In this document: piece by piece, positions 34,936 through 36,995 of the stretch
How the letters are laid out: each line of letters begins with the position of its first letter
Position numbering within the stretch: position 1 is the stretch's first letter
DNA from: Nemertoderma westbladi
Lineage: Eukaryota > Animalia > Xenacoelomorpha
Assembly: GCA_032718475.1 (NCBI GenBank)
Contig: JAUCBJ010001073.1
Location: 1-36,995, forward strand
Length of the DNA stretch: 36,995 nucleotides
Direction: 5' to 3'
Position numbers and translations under genes: made by a program
The notes under the pieces: generated by a model
Databases searched by the model: none
What the model was told of the DNA's origin: nothing
What the model saw: only the letters and a program-made list of their open reading frames with translations

Positions 34936-35720
34936 ATACCCCCCTAAGGTAAAATTTTCAAATTATTGTTTCTTTATTTCACCTAGAGCAGAATTTAATG
35001 AGGATTACAAATCTGAAAACCGCTTAGTGAGACCTCTTTCAGTTCTCGAGTTATCACTGTTCACTTATCACCAAAAATTAAAACTGACATCGGAAATGAA
35101 ATCAGCGACCCCGAAAACCCCAGTAACGAACATTTTAGCTCGTTGGTGTGCACCCTTCGTGCCAGAAATAATTAACCAACCAGAACACAGACAGCCAATT
35201 TTGGCGGGACGGTTTAAACTTTGAAGGGCATTTTCTCGGAATGACATTTTTCATTTCAAATTAATACTCCTCCGTCATTTTTCAACCAATTTTCTTCGTT
35301 TATGGCTCATTCGAACGTGCTTTGGAAGCCCTTTAAAAGTTATCTTATGGAATTTTGATAAATATTACCATTTTTTCTAATTAGCCATTTTTAATTAAAA
35401 ATGTGATAATAAATAAATTAAATTAATTAATTAAAATAAAATTGGCTAATTAAAAATTCTGTAAGATAACTTTTGTAGAGTCGATCACGCTGAGTCCAAA
35501 AAAGTTGGTTTCAAGAAATTTGGACCAAAATTGAGGGACTAGTAGCAATTTTAGTGAAAGCTTTAATTCCGCCGCCTGCCGCTAGGGGGAGGCTACAAAT
35601 TTTCAAATTTTACTATAAAGGCTATTTGGCCTTCCATACAGTGGTTGACCATGACAAAATAGCAATATTATCATGTAACAGTAATTGACAGCCATTTTAA
35701 AAAAGGTTCATGGGGGGGTA

Positions 35721-35755
<35 letters not shown>

Positions 35756-35760
35756 CCCCC
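34872..35760. mobile_element. Non-autonomous TTAA-flanked DNA element (Kolobok-like), polyG-TATACCCCCC termini
   Basis: TTAA at 34868-34871 and 35761-35764; the ends are mutually inverted. Homopolymer lengths may be sequencing artefacts. Confidence 0.7.
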
Positions 35761-35879
35761 TTAAGTCGAACATAGAGAGATAGAGTCGGTTTTATGCAAC
35801 CGGCCCCTGTATCAATCGGGAGGAAAGGTATTAACAATAATTTGAAATGGATATTTCTGAAATGTTTTCATTTCACCCA

Positions 35880-36185
35880 ATAGCGGTAGACTGGCCGGAT
35901 AACTGCAGATGGATAAGCGTCCCCATAAAGGACCATGTGCATTGTCTAGCATGTATAACTGGCAAGTTTCAGCTTGAATGGATAACAAATAACAAAATGA
36001 GGGAAGGTTTTCACTTTCAGACATTTCGCCACCTTTCGGTAAACTTAGAAGTGTAGATGGAGCAGGGTCCCCCTAAAGACGCGGTCATTGTTTCCGTACA
36101 TACCGGTATCTCACATATTCAGCTTGAACGGATCATAAATCACGAAATGGGAGAGAATTCACCTTCAGACATTTCGCCCTCTAAT
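35880..36185. repeat. Two diverged ~150-bp direct repeat units, probably inside an old non-autonomous element
   Basis: cagcttgaa.ggat...ttcagacatttcgcc at ~35970 and ~36120. Confidence 0.6.
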
Positions 36186-36382
36186 GGCAGAACTGCATGA
36201 CAACAACAGACGGATTAGCATACTTTCAAAGTCGCAGCTAATGGACCAGCACATAATATAATTCGTAATTATAATGTATATATATTGAGATTATAAATAA
36301 GTGAAAGCCAGAAATATATGAACACAAAATTATTTAAACGAAGTTTAAAGGACGAACAAATATACTGAATGTAATAAAATAC

Positions 36383-36544
36383 CTTTTCTTGATACTTTTA
36401 CACGAATGGCGTTTATAATCGATAATGCCCATAAACAATATGGTGATGAAGTTTAGGAACAAACAGACAAGAACGTAGCCCTGGGTGGCCGACCATTTAC
36501 CAGGTGGATGTGTAGCGAATACTCGTGAGTTAATCCGAATCATG
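36383..36544 (-). CDS. Internal exon (end of M2, M2-M3 loop, M3) of the Cys-loop ion channel gene
   Basis: Acceptor tttcactttcAG and donor AG|gtattt; 162 nt, phase 2-2. SRVFATHPPGKWSATQGYVLVCLFLNFITILFMGIIDY parallels the GlyR/GABA-A pattern R.SLPKVSYVKAIDIW..VCLLFVF.ALLEY..VN. Confidence 0.7.
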
Positions 36545-36995
36545 CTGAAAGTGAAACAAAAAACAAGATATTTATTTATAAGACTGGTAATCGAAATAGT
36601 TTAATTTGAGATTGCTCTAAAAACCAGAATACATATACCTAGCATATAATAATACATTGAAATAAATACTTTGGTGTATTTTCCATTCTCGTAATTTTCA
36701 AATTTTAAGTGCCATGCCTTAATTATCGTTCACCAAAAATAACGTAGCACGACTCTTACATACTTGTATACTTGGATAGAGAGCTACATACCAATCAGAA
36801 ACAATAAAAAAGCCAAAAACATCAATAAAAACGAATTCATGAATGACCTTTTCTAATTTTATATAATTTTATTTCTAATTTTTATAATTTCATAGAGTCA
36901 ACTGAGGCGAATGGAGGTACTTTTTATTTATTATTTTAATTTTTTTCGTAAAATTGTAGTTGTTCTTAATATTCCCATTGTCATATATCAAAATT

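Overview
This window is eukaryotic DNA, not prokaryotic: AT-rich and most likely from an invertebrate animal, with spliceosomal introns and a dense nest of transposable elements. The one recognisable host gene is the 3' part of a divergent Cys-loop ligand-gated ion channel on the minus strand. Its predicted exons are 36544-36383 (M2-M3 loop and M3), 18991-18883 (loop, weaker call) and 18687-18454 (M4 and stop), separated by a ~17 kb intron full of TEs. That intron contains: a degenerate gypsy integrase split by an IS3EU-like MITE and by a TTAA-flanked 3.0-kb element encoding an intact 587-aa Kolobok-like DDE transposase, with non-matching ends; a 5'-truncated RTE LINE with an intact RT ORF and a 10-bp TSD; a ~4.4-kb 62-bp satellite expanded inside a Helentron-like element whose short sibling lies 10 kb away; and tRNA-derived heads, one fused to a degenerate minimal hammerhead. 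Downstream of the gene lie BEL/Pao, Penelope, CR1-group and RTE-group LINE, Sola and second Kolobok-like remnants, an orphan Pro/Ala/Val-rich terminal exon, and a probable LTR with a >1.2-kb AUG-free minus-strand leader. TA-flanked short insertions resembling transposon excision footprints recur throughout and break conserved motifs. There is no CRISPR array. All family assignments are from motif recognition by eye, without database searches.
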